Part shown: piece by piece, positions 9,439-20,569 of the stretch | Layout: every line of letters starts with the position of its first letter | Position numbering within the stretch: position 1 is the stretch's first letter | NCBI GenBank assembly: GCA_040216775.1 | Contig: JAVJOM010000047.1 | Span: 25,941 to 89,940 of the forward strand | DNA: 64,000 nt | Direction: 5' to 3' | Source of the DNA: Hyphomonas sp. | Lineage (GTDB): Bacteria > Pseudomonadota > Alphaproteobacteria > Caulobacterales > Hyphomonadaceae | The notes under the pieces: model-generated | Told to the model about the DNA's origin: nothing | Seen by the model: the letters and a program-made list of their open reading frames with translations, nothing else | The model's database searches: none | Program-made: the position numbers and the translations under genes

Positions 9439-11010
9439 ATGAGCAACGCAGCTGAACGTAACATGACTGGCGCAGAAGCACTGGTTTCGACTTTGGCTGA
9501 CCACGGCGTGTCGGCGTGTTTTGCCAATCCAGGCACATCGGAAATGCACCTTGTCACCGCGCTCGACCATGAGCCGCGCATCCATTCGGTGCTGTGCCTT
9601 TTCGAAGGCGTGGCGACGGGGGCGGCGGACGGGTTTGCGCGGGTGGCTGGCGGGCCTGCTATGACGTTGCTGCACCTTGGGGCCGGCTATCTGAACGGCG
9701 GGGCGAATATCCACAATGCGCGCCGGGCATGGACCCCGATGGTCAATGTGATTGGCGACCATGCGGTGCCGCACCAGCGTTATGATGCGCCGCTCGCATC
9801 TGACATCAGGGGCATGGCCGGACCCAATTCCGTCTGGATCAAATCTGCCGACACGGTGGCGCGGGCAGGCGAACTGGCCGCTGAAGCATGGGAAGCCAGC
9901 CTTTCGCCTGTGTCAGGCCCGGCAGCGCTGATCCTGCCAGCTGATACGGCGTGGCTGGAAGGTGGCAAGACCGGCGCGAAACGCGCACGGCCGATGTTGC
10001 GCGCCCCGGATGCTCAGCGTGTCGAGGACGCGGTGAAAGCGATCAAGGCGGCGAAGAAGCCGATGGTGTTGATCAACGGAACGGCGCTGACGGAAGCCGG
10101 ACTGGCGACAGCGGCGCGACTGAAGGCGGCGGGCGTGCGGGTGATGACGGACACGTTCTTCCCGCGTCAGGCCCGCGGGGCCGGGCGGTTTGTGCCCGAC
10201 CGGATGCAGTATTTTGCCGAAGGCGCGATGGCAGACCTTGAGGGCTGTGACCTGATGCTGGTCGCGGGAACTCAGGTGCCGGTGGCCTTCTTTGCCTATC
10301 CGGGCAAGCCGAGCGTTCTGGTGCCTGAAGGTTGTTCCACGATGATCATTGGCGGACCGGAGAGTGACAGTGCGGCCATCCTGGGCGCGCTAGCCGACGC
10401 ACTGGGCGCAAAAGAGGCCTCGCCCTTCGCCGCGCTGGAGCAACCTGGAACACCGAAAGGCGCACTGAACGCCGCAAGCGTAGGGGCGTCGATTGCGCGC
10501 CACCTGCCTGAAGGAAGTTTCGTGTCGGATGACGGCGTGTCGAACGGACTGCCGGCCTTCCTGATGACGCAGAAGGCCAAGCCGCACGACTGGATGATGC
10601 TGACCGGCGGGGCGATCGGGCAAGGCATGCCGCTGGCGCTTGGCGCTGCGCTGGCCGCGAAGGACAGGAAGGTACTGTGCCTGACGGGCGATGGCGCGGC
10701 CATGTATACCAACCAGTCACTGTGGAGCATGGCGCGCGAGGGCGTGGATGTGGTGACGGTCGTGTTCGTCAACCATTCCTACCGTATCCTGAATATCGAA
10801 CTGGCGCGCACGGGTGCTGGCAATCCGGGGCCAACGGCCAAGAGCATGCTGGAACTGGACCAACCGGAAATCGACTGGGTGGCCCTGTCGCAAAGCATGG
10901 GCGTGCCGGCGGTGGCTGTGGAAACGGCAGAAGCATTTGATGCGGCGCTGGAGCGGGCCTTCGCGGCCGAGGGGCCGCAGCTGATCGCAGCGCACGTGCC
11001 GGCGAGGTAG
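9439..11010 (+). CDS. Acetolactate synthase large-subunit-like TPP enzyme
   Basis: FANPGTSEMH, LFEGVATGAADG; TPP motif GDGAAMY...N; no small subunit adjacent. Confidence 0.85.
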   Translation: MSNAAERNMTGAEALVSTLADHGVSACFANPGTSEMHLVTALDHEPRIHSVLCLFEGVATGAADGFARVAGGPAMTLLHLGAGYLNGGANIHNARRAWTPMVNVIGDHAVPHQRYDAPLASDIRGMAGPNSVWIKSADTVARAGELAAEAWEASLSPVSGPAALILPADTAWLEGGKTGAKRARPMLRAPDAQRVEDAVKAIKAAKKPMVLINGTALTEAGLATAARLKAAGVRVMTDTFFPRQARGAGRFVPDRMQYFAEGAMADLEGCDLMLVAGTQVPVAFFAYPGKPSVLVPEGCSTMIIGGPESDSAAILGALADALGAKEASPFAALEQPGTPKGALNAASVGASIARHLPEGSFVSDDGVSNGLPAFLMTQKAKPHDWMMLTGGAIGQGMPLALGAALAAKDRKVLCLTGDGAAMYTNQSLWSMAREGVDVVTVVFVNHSYRILNIELARTGAGNPGPTAKSMLELDQPEIDWVALSQSMGVPAVAVETAEAFDAALERAFAAEGPQLIAAHVPAR

Positions 11011-11012
11011 TC

Positions 11013-11372
11013 ATGCAGGAAGAGCCCCCCAAAAGACATATCAACGACGCCTCTCACTACTATTCGCCGGAGCGCGACATGGGGGCGAACCGTCCTGTGA
11101 CCAATGTGGCCAAGAGCGCAGCCAAGGGTACGTTCAAGCTGGTGGCCTTCATCCTGAACTTCTTCATACCGGGCCTCGGCACGTTTTTCGTCGGGCGCAT
11201 CGGGACGTCGATCATCCAGCTGGTGCTGCTGCCGGTCGGTATACTGCTGATCCCGTTTGGAGGGGCGGGCGTCCTTGTGCTGGTCGCTGACTGGGTTTGG
11301 GGGCTGCTGACAGTGGTGCAGGCGTGGCGCAAGCCGAGCGTGGTTTATATCAGGCAGCATCTGCGCCGATAA
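11013..11372 (+). CDS. Small membrane protein (TM2-like)
   Basis: AFILNFFIPGLGTFFVGR followed by hydrophobic helices. Confidence 0.7.
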   Translation: MQEEPPKRHINDASHYYSPERDMGANRPVTNVAKSAAKGTFKLVAFILNFFIPGLGTFFVGRIGTSIIQLVLLPVGILLIPFGGAGVLVLVADWVWGLLTVVQAWRKPSVVYIRQHLRR

Positions 11373-11435
11373 ATTTTGTTCCTTATTAAGATTGTTTCCC
11401 TAAAGGCGATGGAGCCTTTCTGGAGGGGGCGGAAC

Positions 11436-12128
11436 ATGGAGAGCATCAATCCGGGTACTGTCGCAACGATCGCTATCGTTGTGTTCGTTGTTGTTTCGAT
11501 CATCTACTTTATGTCGAAGGGGCGCAGCCAGCCTGATGCCGGTGCCCGCTCGGCGAGCGAAGCCAAAGTCGATAGCGCGGCCGCGGTCATGTCGGCCGTT
11601 ACACCGCGCTCCAATTCAGAAGCTGCTTTTCGGGATCATCTGAAGGATCAGACACCCGAGCAAATAGCGGATGTGCCAGTCTATGCCCTTGCCCACCTCA
11701 TTACGGCGTCACTCAGTTCACCTTCGCGTGTGCGATGGCTGGAAAGCGTGGTTGCGACGATTGTGCCAAGCGGAGTGGACCCAGAGCTGGTGCACACGGC
11801 TGAATTCTTCTGGGACTTGAATGAGCGCTGGCTGTTCGGGACGACGTGCGCCGACGACTTCTGCGGGGAGTACCTTATCGCGGGCAAGGATGAATGGTCG
11901 GCAGAGGTGAGGGAGCGGATCGTGCTGGCGGGTCTGGCGGCGCTTGCATCGTCGGACTTCAACGGAACCTATTCTGGCGCAGATCATGACCGCGTCGTTG
12001 CAGATCTGCGGGCGGCACTGGAACGCGTTTCGGTTGCCTATTTTGGCGAAACGGCACGGGAGTCCGTCGCGGCGCTTGATCGGCAGGCGCGGGAACTGGC
12101 ACCGCAAATCAGCGCGAAGGCGGCCTGA
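11436..12128 (+). CDS. Hypothetical protein with N-terminal membrane anchor
   Basis: GGAGG RBS before ATG 11436; hydrophobic IAIVVFVVVSIIYF; no recognised domain. Confidence 0.65.
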   Translation: MESINPGTVATIAIVVFVVVSIIYFMSKGRSQPDAGARSASEAKVDSAAAVMSAVTPRSNSEAAFRDHLKDQTPEQIADVPVYALAHLITASLSSPSRVRWLESVVATIVPSGVDPELVHTAEFFWDLNERWLFGTTCADDFCGEYLIAGKDEWSAEVRERIVLAGLAALASSDFNGTYSGADHDRVVADLRAALERVSVAYFGETARESVAALDRQARELAPQISAKAA

Positions 12129-12352
12129 TTCCATCACGACCGGCCGGACTGGTCGAAACCATCCGGTGTGAAAGACAGGAGTGCGCGGGACAGATGTTCC
12201 AGGCACACGATGAGATTATGGTCTGGAGTTGCAAGGGTGCGCACCCGAGCCATCCATCCCACGCTAGCCACGCGGATGGGACGCCACGCAGCAGATGGCA
12301 TTTTACGACAGTTCAGGCGGTGTGGGACAAGATCGGCTCTGTCCAGCGACTC

Positions 12353-12925
12353 TCATTCGTCTTCGTCGCCTGAATCTTCATCTTCGGAGAATCCCGGACG
12401 GGGGCGGGCGACGAGATTGCCGAGATCTTCCAGATCGATGAAATTGTCGGCTTCACGGCGCAGATCGTCCGAGATCATCGGCGGGTTGGACGCCACTGTC
12501 GAGACGACCGAGACGCGAACGCCGCGTGCCTTCACCGCCTCGACAGCGCGCTTGAAGTCTCCGTTTCCGCTGAACAGGACAATATGATCGATATTGCGGG
12601 CGGTTTCGAGCATGTCGACCGCCAGTTCGACATCCATGCTGCCGCGCACGCGCTTGCGGCCTTCGCGGTCTGTAAACTCGCGCGCGGGTTTCTTGATGAC
12701 GCTGTAGCCATTGTAGGCGAGCCAATCGACCAGGGGGCGGATCGGGCTGTATTCGTCGGTTTCCACCAGGGCGGTGTAATAATTGGCCCTCAGCAGGCGA
12801 CCCTTGCCCTGGAATTCCTTCAAAAGCTTGCGAAAATCGATCTCCAGACCCACGGCGCGGGCGGCGGAATAGAGGTTTGCGCCGTCAATAAACAGCGCAA
12901 TACGCTCGTCCTTGTAAAAGGCCAT
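12353..12925 (-). CDS. NYN-domain protein (LabA/DUF88)
   Basis: ALFIDGANLY, MDVELAVD, LFSGNGDF, LRREADNFIDL; divergent from rpoZ. Confidence 0.92.
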   Translation of the reverse strand: MAFYKDERIALFIDGANLYSAARAVGLEIDFRKLLKEFQGKGRLLRANYYTALVETDEYSPIRPLVDWLAYNGYSVIKKPAREFTDREGRKRVRGSMDVELAVDMLETARNIDHIVLFSGNGDFKRAVEAVKARGVRVSVVSTVASNPPMISDDLRREADNFIDLEDLGNLVARPRPGFSEDEDSGDEDE

Positions 12926-13027
12926 TGGCAATATTCCTTCGATGATTTAGGCTTGCGGCTAATAAAAACGCCGAAAATTCTTATATGACTGGCATACTCA
13001 GGCTGCGTTTCAGGCGCAATAGCTGGG

Positions 13028-13056
13028 TTGCGCCAGCTTGCTGCACTGCATATAAG
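13028..13056 (+). promoter_or_regulatory. Sigma70-type promoter of the rpoZ-spoT operon
   Basis: TTGCGC-N17-TATAAG, followed by an AAGGAG RBS. Confidence 0.6.
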
Positions 13057-13083
13057 GGTCTGCTTCAAGGAGATTGACTGCCC

Positions 13084-13434
13084 ATGGCTCGTGTGACCGT
13101 CGAAGATTGTATTCAGAAAGTGCCGAACCGGTTTGAACTGGTCCTGCTGGCCGCGCATCGCGCCCGCATGATCCGTGAAGGTTCGCCTCTCACGATCGAT
13201 CGCGACAATGACAAGGATCCGGTCATTGCGCTGCGCGAGATCGCAGACGAGACGATTGACCTGAAGGTCGTGAAGGAAGCCATGATTTCCAATCTGCAGG
13301 AAGTGCGGCCAAGCGAGGAAAGCGAACGGGAAGCCGATCGCATCGCACTCATGTCTGGCCCCGCAGCCACGGAAGACGACGTCATGCGCGCCTATCAGGC
13401 TGAAATCGAGTCCGGACGCGACGACCGGCTCTAG
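13084..13434 (+). CDS. rpoZ: RNA polymerase omega subunit
   Basis: MARVTVEDC...[14 protein letters not shown]...[14 protein letters not shown]. Confidence 0.97.
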   Translation: MARVTVEDCIQKVPNRFELVLLAAHRARMIREGSPLTIDRDNDKDPVIALREIADETIDLKVVKEAMISNLQEVRPSEESEREADRIALMSGPAATEDDVMRAYQAEIESGRDDRL

Positions 13435-13442
13435 GAGGCTCC

Positions 13443-15707
13443 ATGGACGGCAGCGCCCTTTCCGCAAAGGACAAAGGGGCTGGCGAGGCAGCTGGCACGA
13501 CAGTTTCGACTGAAAATCAGGCTGAGCAACGACATGTATTGTCGCGGGAAGAGCTGATTGCGAAGGTCCGGGCGTATCACCCCCGCGTGAAATCCGAATT
13601 GCTGGGCGCAGCCTATGACTTCGCCAAGCTGCATCACGGCACGCAGACGCGTGATTCCGGTGATGCCTATTATTCCCACCCCGTGGAAGTCGCGAGCCTG
13701 CTGGCGGACGTGCGCCTTGATGAGGTGACCATTGTCGCCGGCCTGCTGCACGATGTGGTGGAAGACACCAAGATTGACATTGGCGACATCGAAGTGCGGT
13801 TTGGTGCAGACGTGGCTGAACTGGTCGATGGTGTGACCAAGCTGGACGCACTGAAATTCACGTCCAGGGAATCCGCTCAAGCCGAGAACTTCCAGAAATT
13901 CATCCTGGCGACCACAAGTGACCTGCGCGTGCTGCTGGTGAAGCTGGCTGACCGGCTGCACAATATGCGCACGCTGCATCATCGCAAGAAACCGGAAAGC
14001 CGCCAGCGTACGGCGCGCGAGACAATGGACATCTATGCGCCATTGGCCCGACGTGTCGGCTTGTACACGCTTGCGGCGGAAATGGAGGACCTTGCATTCG
14101 AGGAACTCAATCCTGAAGCGCGGCGCGCGATCCTGTATCGTCAGGAAGAACTGGCGGCTGAGAACGCCGATGACCTGCAACGCATTGATGATGATCTGCG
14201 CCAGCTAATGGACATTGCCGGTATCGAGGCCAAGATCAAAGGGCGTAAAAAGCAGCCCTATTCGCTATGGCGGAAGCTGGAGCGCAAGTCGATTTCGTTC
14301 CGCGACGTCGCCGATCTGTTTGCCTTCCGTATCATCGTGAAGGACGTGGATCATTGTTACCGCGTGCTGGGAGAGGTTCACACGCTGTGGGCCTGTATTC
14401 CGGATCGGTTTCGCGACTATATCTCGGTGCCCAAGCCCAACGGTTATGCTTCGCTGCACACAACCGTGCGCGCCTCGGGCAATCGCCGTGTCGAGCTGCA
14501 GATCCGTACCGAGGCGATGGACAGGACGGCCGAGTTCGGCGTGGCCGCACACTGGGGTTACAAGAACAAATCCTATGGATTCGATGCTGAATCTGCCCGT
14601 GCGGCTGGCCTCGATCCTGCAGCCAACCTGGAAGCGTTTGCGGAACTGATTCAGGATGGCGCCGACGCCAGCGAGTTTCTTGAGCATGCCAAACTGGAAA
14701 TGTACCGCGAGCACGTTTTTGCGTTCAGCCCCAAGGGCAAGCTGATCATCCTGCCGGCGGGCGCGATGCCGCTGGACTTTGCCTATGCAGTACACTCGGC
14801 TGTCGGCGACACGGCAATTGGTGCGCGAATCAATGGTGAAGTGAAATCATTGCGGCGCCCGCTGAAGAACGGTGACGTTGTCGATATCCTGCGTGGCAAG
14901 ACAGCCGCGGCCGTAGTCGGTTGGGAAGCGATGACGATTACAGGTCGTGCGCGCTCTGCCATTCGCCGCCTGGTGCGTGAGCGGGAGCAAATCGAGTTCC
15001 GACGCCTCGGTGAGGGCTTGATCAACATGGCGCTTCGGCGCGCCGGAATCGATCCGATCGACGTGAAGATGACCCATACGGCGCAACTTGCCGGGTTTCA
15101 GACGCGCGAGGAAATGGCCGAGGCGGTCGGACGTGGGCGGATATCATCGTCGGACATCATGGAAGCTGCGTTCCCCGGCTATCGCGCTGAACGATTTGAT
15201 GACGAGAACAAGCTGCGCCTGGATAATGAACATGCGCGGTTGTTGGTATCGGGGGCCGACCTGATGCCAGGCGTCACGCTGCATCTGGGCCAATGCTGCT
15301 GTCCGCTGCCGGGCGACCGGATCATGGGTGTACAGGAACCGGACATGGGCCTTGTGGTGCACATCGCGAGTTGCCCGAAACTGGCCGAGTATGATGACCA
15401 TCCTGAGCTGTGGGTCGACCTGAAATGGACCGAACTGGCCAAGACGGGCGCGGTTGCCGTGGGACGTATCCGCGTCAATGCCTCGAACGAAAAAGGTGTG
15501 CTGGCGAAGCTGTGCGCCGCAGTGGCACAGGCGAATGGCAACATCACACGCATCGCCACCCACGAGCGCAATGCCGATTTTACCGAGCTGATCATGGAGA
15601 TCGAGGTTGAAGACCTGAAGCGCCTGACGCAGATACTCGCGGCGCTCCGTTCCTTGGCCGTGGTGGATCAGGCGGTGCGCGATCAGGAGGTCGAAGATGA
15701 CGAATGA
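13443..15707 (+). CDS. spoT: Bifunctional (p)ppGpp synthetase/hydrolase
   Basis: HD motif LLHDVVEDT; [13 protein letters not shown]; [11 protein letters not shown]; TGS (DFAYAVH), CCC zinc finger and ACT domains. Confidence 0.96.
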   Translation: MDGSALSAKDKGAGEAAGTTVSTENQAEQRHVLSREELIAKVRAYHPRVKSELLGAAYDFAKLHHGTQTRDSGDAYYSHPVEVASLLADVRLDEVTIVAGLLHDVVEDTKIDIGDIEVRFGADVAELVDGVTKLDALKFTSRESAQAENFQKFILATTSDLRVLLVKLADRLHNMRTLHHRKKPESRQRTARETMDIYAPLARRVGLYTLAAEMEDLAFEELNPEARRAILYRQEELAAENADDLQRIDDDLRQLMDIAGIEAKIKGRKKQPYSLWRKLERKSISFRDVADLFAFRIIVKDVDHCYRVLGEVHTLWACIPDRFRDYISVPKPNGYASLHTTVRASGNRRVELQIRTEAMDRTAEFGVAAHWGYKNKSYGFDAESARAAGLDPAANLEAFAELIQDGADASEFLEHAKLEMYREHVFAFSPKGKLIILPAGAMPLDFAYAVHSAVGDTAIGARINGEVKSLRRPLKNGDVVDILRGKTAAAVVGWEAMTITGRARSAIRRLVREREQIEFRRLGEGLINMALRRAGIDPIDVKMTHTAQLAGFQTREEMAEAVGRGRISSSDIMEAAFPGYRAERFDDENKLRLDNEHARLLVSGADLMPGVTLHLGQCCCPLPGDRIMGVQEPDMGLVVHIASCPKLAEYDDHPELWVDLKWTELAKTGAVAVGRIRVNASNEKGVLAKLCAAVAQANGNITRIATHERNADFTELIMEIEVEDLKRLTQILAALRSLAVVDQAVRDQEVEDDE

Positions 15708-16278
15708 AGACGTACTCGCGGTTTTTCGCGAGGCTGGGGCGCTGCTGGAAGGTCATTTCATCCTGTCATCCGGACGGCGCAGCCCGGTCTTCCTGCAAAA
15801 GGCGCTGGTCTTCTCGCAGCCTGATTTATCCGAGCGCCTGTGCAAGGCGCTGGCGGAAAAGCTGACCGCTACGTTTGGCAAGATTGACGTTGTGGCCGGG
15901 CCCGCCGTTGGCGGGATCATTCCGGGGTATGAGTTGGCGCGACACCTGAATGCGCGGGCGATTTTTGCCGAGCGCGTGGACGGAAAGCTGCAATTCCGGC
16001 GTGGTTTTTCGATTGCCGAGGGCGAGAAGGTGCTGATCGCGGAAGATATCGTGACGACCGGCCTTTCGTTCCGGGAAACGGTCGAGGCGCTGGACTTGCT
16101 GCCGGGCGACGTGGTGGGCGGCGCGTGCATCATCGACCGGTCGAATGGCAAAGCCGACGTCGGTTGCGAACTGATCTCGCTCGCGGCCGTGGATTTTCCT
16201 GACTATGACGCCAATGACCTGCCGCCGGAGCTGGCCGCGATGGAGGCCGTGAAGCCGGGCTCGCGAGGCTTGGCTTGA
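15697..16278 (+). CDS. pyrE: Orotate phosphoribosyltransferase
   Basis: [12 protein letters not shown]; PRPP motif [11 protein letters not shown]. Confidence 0.95.
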   Translation: MTNEDVLAVFREAGALLEGHFILSSGRRSPVFLQKALVFSQPDLSERLCKALAEKLTATFGKIDVVAGPAVGGIIPGYELARHLNARAIFAERVDGKLQFRRGFSIAEGEKVLIAEDIVTTGLSFRETVEALDLLPGDVVGGACIIDRSNGKADVGCELISLAAVDFPDYDANDLPPELAAMEAVKPGSRGLA

Positions 16279-17021
16279 TGTCAGTGCGGATACGCCTCGG
16301 CGTCAACATCGACCATGTCGCAACGATTAGGAATGCGCGCGGCGGAACGCATCCCGACCCGATGCGCGCGGCGCTGATGGCGACTGAGGCTGGCGCTGAC
16401 GGCATCACGCTGCACTTGCGCGAGGACCGCCGACATATTCGTGACGGCGATCTTGTGGAAATTCGCACGGCGACCCAGCTGCCGATCAACATGGAAATGG
16501 CAGCGACCGAGGAGATGCTCGACATCGCCCTCAGGTTCAAACCGGAGACGGCGATGTTCGTACCGGAAGAACGCGCCGAATTGACGACCGAAGGCGGCCT
16601 TGATGCCGCGAGGGCGCACAATCATCTGGCGCATTTCGTCAGGCAGCTGAACAAGAACGGGAGCCGTGTGTCCTTCTTCATTGAACCGGACATGGTGCAG
16701 CTGCACGCCGCCCAGGCGCTGGGTGTGCAAATTTGCGAGTTCCATACAGGCCGGTATGTTGAGTTGATCCACTCAGGCGAAACGAAACTGGCCGAACTGG
16801 AACTGGATCGAATCCGCCACTGCGCTGAAGAGGCCGTGCGTATCGGCATCGAGCCGCAGGCCGGGCACGGGCTGACGTTTGATACGGTCAAGCCGGTCGC
16901 AGCGATCCCGCAAATTACAGAACTCAATATCGGTCACTTCCTTGTCGGTGAAGCGATCTTCATCGGCCTGCCTGCGGCGATTGCAGAGATGCGCCGCCTG
17001 ATGGACGAGGCGCGCACATGA
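16278..17021 (+). CDS. pdxJ: Pyridoxine 5'-phosphate synthase
   Basis: [35 protein letters not shown]. Confidence 0.96.
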   Translation: MSVRIRLGVNIDHVATIRNARGGTHPDPMRAALMATEAGADGITLHLREDRRHIRDGDLVEIRTATQLPINMEMAATEEMLDIALRFKPETAMFVPEERAELTTEGGLDAARAHNHLAHFVRQLNKNGSRVSFFIEPDMVQLHAAQALGVQICEFHTGRYVELIHSGETKLAELELDRIRHCAEEAVRIGIEPQAGHGLTFDTVKPVAAIPQITELNIGHFLVGEAIFIGLPAAIAEMRRLMDEART

Positions 17022-17425
17022 TTATCGGAATCGGAAACGACCTCTGCAATATCGAACGGATTGCGAAGACGCTCGACCGGTTTGGAGAGCGGTTCGAGAA
17101 CCGCGTCTTCACCGAGACCGAAATTGCACTGGCGCGGCGGCGGCGCCTGACAGCCGAAACCTATGCAAAGCGGTTTGCGGCGAAGGAAGCCTGCGCCAAG
17201 GCGCTGGGCACGGGCGTTCCGCGCCGCGGTGTTCACTGGAAAGACCTTGGGGTTGTGAACCTGCCATCGGGTAAACCGACCCTGGCCCTGACCGGCGGCG
17301 CCGCAGAGCGACTGGCGGCGATGATCCCTGAAGGGCACGAGGTAATCATTCATTTGACGATTACCGACGACCATCCGTGGGCGGAAGCCCAGGTGATCAT
17401 CGAAGCGCTGCCGGTGTCCCGATGA
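17018..17425 (+). CDS. acpS: Holo-ACP synthase
   Basis: IIGIGNDLC and [17 protein letters not shown]. Confidence 0.96.
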   Translation: MIIGIGNDLCNIERIAKTLDRFGERFENRVFTETEIALARRRRLTAETYAKRFAAKEACAKALGTGVPRRGVHWKDLGVVNLPSGKPTLALTGGAAERLAAMIPEGHEVIIHLTITDDHPWAEAQVIIEALPVSR

Positions 17426-18177
17426 AAAATGCCCGTCCGAAGCGTACCCGCCTGCGTGCAGCGGCCAAGGCTTGCGTGCCCAGCCTGACTGATGCGCAGG
17501 TCAAGACGATCCAGGACCGTATCGGTCATCATTTCAAGGACAGGGATTTGCTTGTACGGGCGCTGACCCATCCGAGCGCGGTCGCGGCGGCCGATTCCAT
17601 CCGCCTGTCGAACCAGAGACTCGAATTCCTTGGCGACCGTGTGCTGAACCTTCTGATTGCCGAGCGTCTGATTGAGCGCCGCAAGACAGAGAGCGAGGGT
17701 GATCTGGCGCCGCGTCTCAACCGGTTCGTGAAGAAAGGCGCGTGCGCCGAAGCCTTTCGGCACTTCAAGCTTCAGGAATACATCATTCTGTCCGACGGTG
17801 AAGTTGCCTCAGGTGGCCGCGAACGCGAGTCGACACTGGGCGATGCGTGTGAAGCCCTGATTGGCGCGATATTCCAGGATGGTGGCCTGTCGGCGGCTCG
17901 GAAATTTGTTGAGGCCGGCTGGGCGCACCAATTCTCGTCGGCCCCGGTAGAAACCCGCGATCCCAAGACACTGCTGCAGGAATGGGCCCAGGGCCAGGGC
18001 CTGTCCCTGCCGAAATATACAGTCGTGGACCGGTCAGGACCTGACCATCAACCGGTTTACGAGATAGAAGTACAGGTTCCGCCCCACGGGGCGGCCAAGG
18101 CGAGCGGAACATCGAAACGCGACGCCGAGCGAAATGCAGCCGCCCTGCTGCTGAATAGTCTGACTGGAACACCATGA
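17422..18177 (+). CDS. rnc: Ribonuclease III
   Basis: [26 protein letters not shown] and a dsRBD starting DPKTLLQE; ATGA overlap with acpS. Confidence 0.95.
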   Translation: MKNARPKRTRLRAAAKACVPSLTDAQVKTIQDRIGHHFKDRDLLVRALTHPSAVAAADSIRLSNQRLEFLGDRVLNLLIAERLIERRKTESEGDLAPRLNRFVKKGACAEAFRHFKLQEYIILSDGEVASGGRERESTLGDACEALIGAIFQDGGLSAARKFVEAGWAHQFSSAPVETRDPKTLLQEWAQGQGLSLPKYTVVDRSGPDHQPVYEIEVQVPPHGAAKASGTSKRDAERNAAALLLNSLTGTP

Positions 18178-19121
18178 CCGAAACCGAGATCAACCGCGCA
18201 GGCTTTGCTGCCATTATCGGCGCGCCCAATGCCGGGAAATCGACCCTGACCAACCGCCTTGTCGGCGCCAAGGTCGCGATCGTCACGCACAAGGTGCAGA
18301 CAACGCGCTTTCCTGTGCGCGGTGTTGCGCAGGTGGGTAATGCGCAGATCGTGCTGGTCGATACGCCCGGTATTTTTGTCGCCAAGCGCCGTCTGGACCG
18401 GGCCATGGTGAAAGCTGCTTGGAGCGGCGCTGCGGATGCTGATGCCATCGTGCACCTCGTGGACAGCTCGGCCTGGGTGGCTGACCGGGCAGGCGATGCA
18501 ACCGGCGCGCAGAAGATGTCGATTGCCGATGACCGACGTGTGATTGAACAGCTGAAGCTTACGGAGAAGCGCGCTTTCCTGGCCCTGAACAAGATCGACC
18601 TGTTCCCCCACGATCAGGTCTTGCCGGTGATGAAGGAACTCAGCGACAGTGGTGTCTACGACGAGATTTTCATGATTTCGGCCGAGAATGGCGATGGTGT
18701 GGATCGGCTGGCAGCGGCTCTGGTGGAGCGGATGCCGGAAGGCACGGCGCTGTATCCGCCTGACCAGACGGCTGACCTGCCGATGCGCCTGCTGGCGGCA
18801 GAAGTGACGCGTGAGAAACTGTTGCTGCGGATGCATCAGGAATTGCCTTACCAGCTGATGGTGGAGACCGAGAGCTGGGAAGAGAAGAAGGACGGATCGG
18901 TCCGCGTGCAGCAGGTGATCGTTGTCGGACGTGAAGGCCACAAGGCCATGGTGCTGGGCAAGAACGGTGCTTCGATCAAGGAGATTGGTCGCCTCGCCCG
19001 CAAGGAATTGACGGAGATGCTGGAACGGCCCGTTCACCTGTTCCTGTTCGTGAAGGTGGATGAGAAATGGCAAGAGCGCCGCGATTCCTATTCCGGCATT
19101 GGCCTGGAGTTTGATGTTTAG
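18174..19121 (+). CDS. era: GTPase Era
   Basis: GAPNAGKS, DTPG, NKID and a KH domain. Confidence 0.97.
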   Translation: MTETEINRAGFAAIIGAPNAGKSTLTNRLVGAKVAIVTHKVQTTRFPVRGVAQVGNAQIVLVDTPGIFVAKRRLDRAMVKAAWSGAADADAIVHLVDSSAWVADRAGDATGAQKMSIADDRRVIEQLKLTEKRAFLALNKIDLFPHDQVLPVMKELSDSGVYDEIFMISAENGDGVDRLAAALVERMPEGTALYPPDQTADLPMRLLAAEVTREKLLLRMHQELPYQLMVETESWEEKKDGSVRVQQVIVVGREGHKAMVLGKNGASIKEIGRLARKELTEMLERPVHLFLFVKVDEKWQERRDSYSGIGLEFDV

Positions 19122-19129
19122 GGGCAGTC

Positions 19130-19861
19130 ATGAACTGGTCTGATGACGGACTGGTCCTTGGGGGACGTCGTTTCGGCGAAGGCGGCCTGATACTCGACGT
19201 TCTCACGCAGACGCGCGGACGCCAGTCCGGCCTGGTCTATGGCGGTGCATCGCGCGCGAAGCGGGCACAATACGAAGCCGGCAATACGCTGTCCCTGTCG
19301 TGGACCGGCCGACTGGAAGAACAGCTGGGCCGGTTCGACGTGGCCGAGGCGAGCCGGGAGCGGGCGTCGCGCGTGCTGGATGATGCCGGAGCCCTCTCCG
19401 CGATTTCAGCCGTGACCACGCTGCTGCGTGGCGCACTGGACGACGGCGATGCCGCAGGCTCAGCCCTGTATGATGCGACCACCCAGTTGCTCGACCAGAT
19501 CGAGGCCCGGCACATCTGGCCTGCGCTCTATGTGCGCTGGGAACTGGGGCTCCTGTCTGCGCTGGGCTTTGGACTCGATCTTGAGGCGTGCGCCCTGAGC
19601 GGCGCGAATGACGGGCTGACCCATGTGTCGCCCAAGACAGGGCGAGCGGTGCGGGGGTCCGAGGCGGAAGATTATGTCAGCCGCCTGCTGCGCCTGCCGG
19701 GCTTCCTTGTGTCGGCGGAAGCGCCCCTGGGCGTTGACGATATTGCGGACGGGCTCGCCTTGACGGGATATTTCCTGGAGGCGCGCGTGTTCAACGGCAT
19801 GAACCGCGCCGTTCCGCCGCAAAGGGCGCAGCTTGTGGCGCGGCTCCTGAAGCGGGCCTAG
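19130..19861 (+). CDS. recO: DNA repair protein RecO
   Basis: MNWSDDGLVLG, LGFGLDL, VSPKTGRAV; follows era. Confidence 0.95.
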   Translation: MNWSDDGLVLGGRRFGEGGLILDVLTQTRGRQSGLVYGGASRAKRAQYEAGNTLSLSWTGRLEEQLGRFDVAEASRERASRVLDDAGALSAISAVTTLLRGALDDGDAAGSALYDATTQLLDQIEARHIWPALYVRWELGLLSALGFGLDLEACALSGANDGLTHVSPKTGRAVRGSEAEDYVSRLLRLPGFLVSAEAPLGVDDIADGLALTGYFLEARVFNGMNRAVPPQRAQLVARLLKRA

Positions 19862-20469
19862 GCGCTGGCGCTGGGCCGGGCGCCGACTTTTGCGTACCAG
19901 GCGGTCACGTGCTGGAGGGCCGGGTTCAGCGGCTGGCCGACGGCGGTGCCGAAGGTGAGGAAGCAATAGAGCATCACATCGGCGAAAGTGAACGTGTCAC
20001 CGGCGACATAGGCGCGGCCCGCAAGCTGGCCATCGAGAAAGGCGAGCTTGTCCTGGGCACAGGCCTTGAGGCCGGCTGCGGCCTCGGGCAGGCAGCGCAT
20101 CCGGTCCTTGAACATGGGCAGGCCTTCGGAATAGCGGAACCCATTGGCCAGCGGTTCGATGATGTTGAGATCAACCCAGCGGGTCCAGCGCCGGGTCTGG
20201 GCACGGGCCTCGGGCGTGGCGCCGAACAGGCTGTCGCCGGGCTGTGTTTCGTCGAGGTATTCGCAGATCGCCCAGATCTCCGTGAGGATGGTGCCATCGT
20301 CGAGTTCCAGAGCGGGCAGCTGGCCGGCAGGATTGGTCTCAAGGTAAGGCGGCTTGCGATTGTCGCCGGCCATGATGTCGACCTCTTCCATCGGAAGTTT
20401 GATGTCGCGTTCGGCCATGAACATGCGCACCACGTGAGGGTTCGGTCCGACGGAATTGTAAAGTTTCAT
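19858..20469 (-). CDS. Glutathione S-transferase family protein
   Basis: MKLYNSVGPNP, NPAGQLPALE, AICEYLDE, FTFADV. Confidence 0.9.
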   Translation of the reverse strand: MKLYNSVGPNPHVVRMFMAERDIKLPMEEVDIMAGDNRKPPYLETNPAGQLPALELDDGTILTEIWAICEYLDETQPGDSLFGATPEARAQTRRWTRWVDLNIIEPLANGFRYSEGLPMFKDRMRCLPEAAAGLKACAQDKLAFLDGQLAGRAYVAGDTFTFADVMLYCFLTFGTAVGQPLNPALQHVTAWYAKVGARPSASA

Positions 20470-20569
20470 GTGCGTTTCCCTTTGCCTGTCGTGCTGGTTT
20501 TTCAGCACTTTAGCGAGGATGTGCCGCAACAGAAGGGGAATCATGGGAGTAAGGAGACGTCACCTTGCG

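Noticed and set aside
12280-12352. Possible uracil-DNA glycosylase remnant after the NYN gene
   Set aside because: A CxxC-like reading needs two frameshifts, so it is not supportable.
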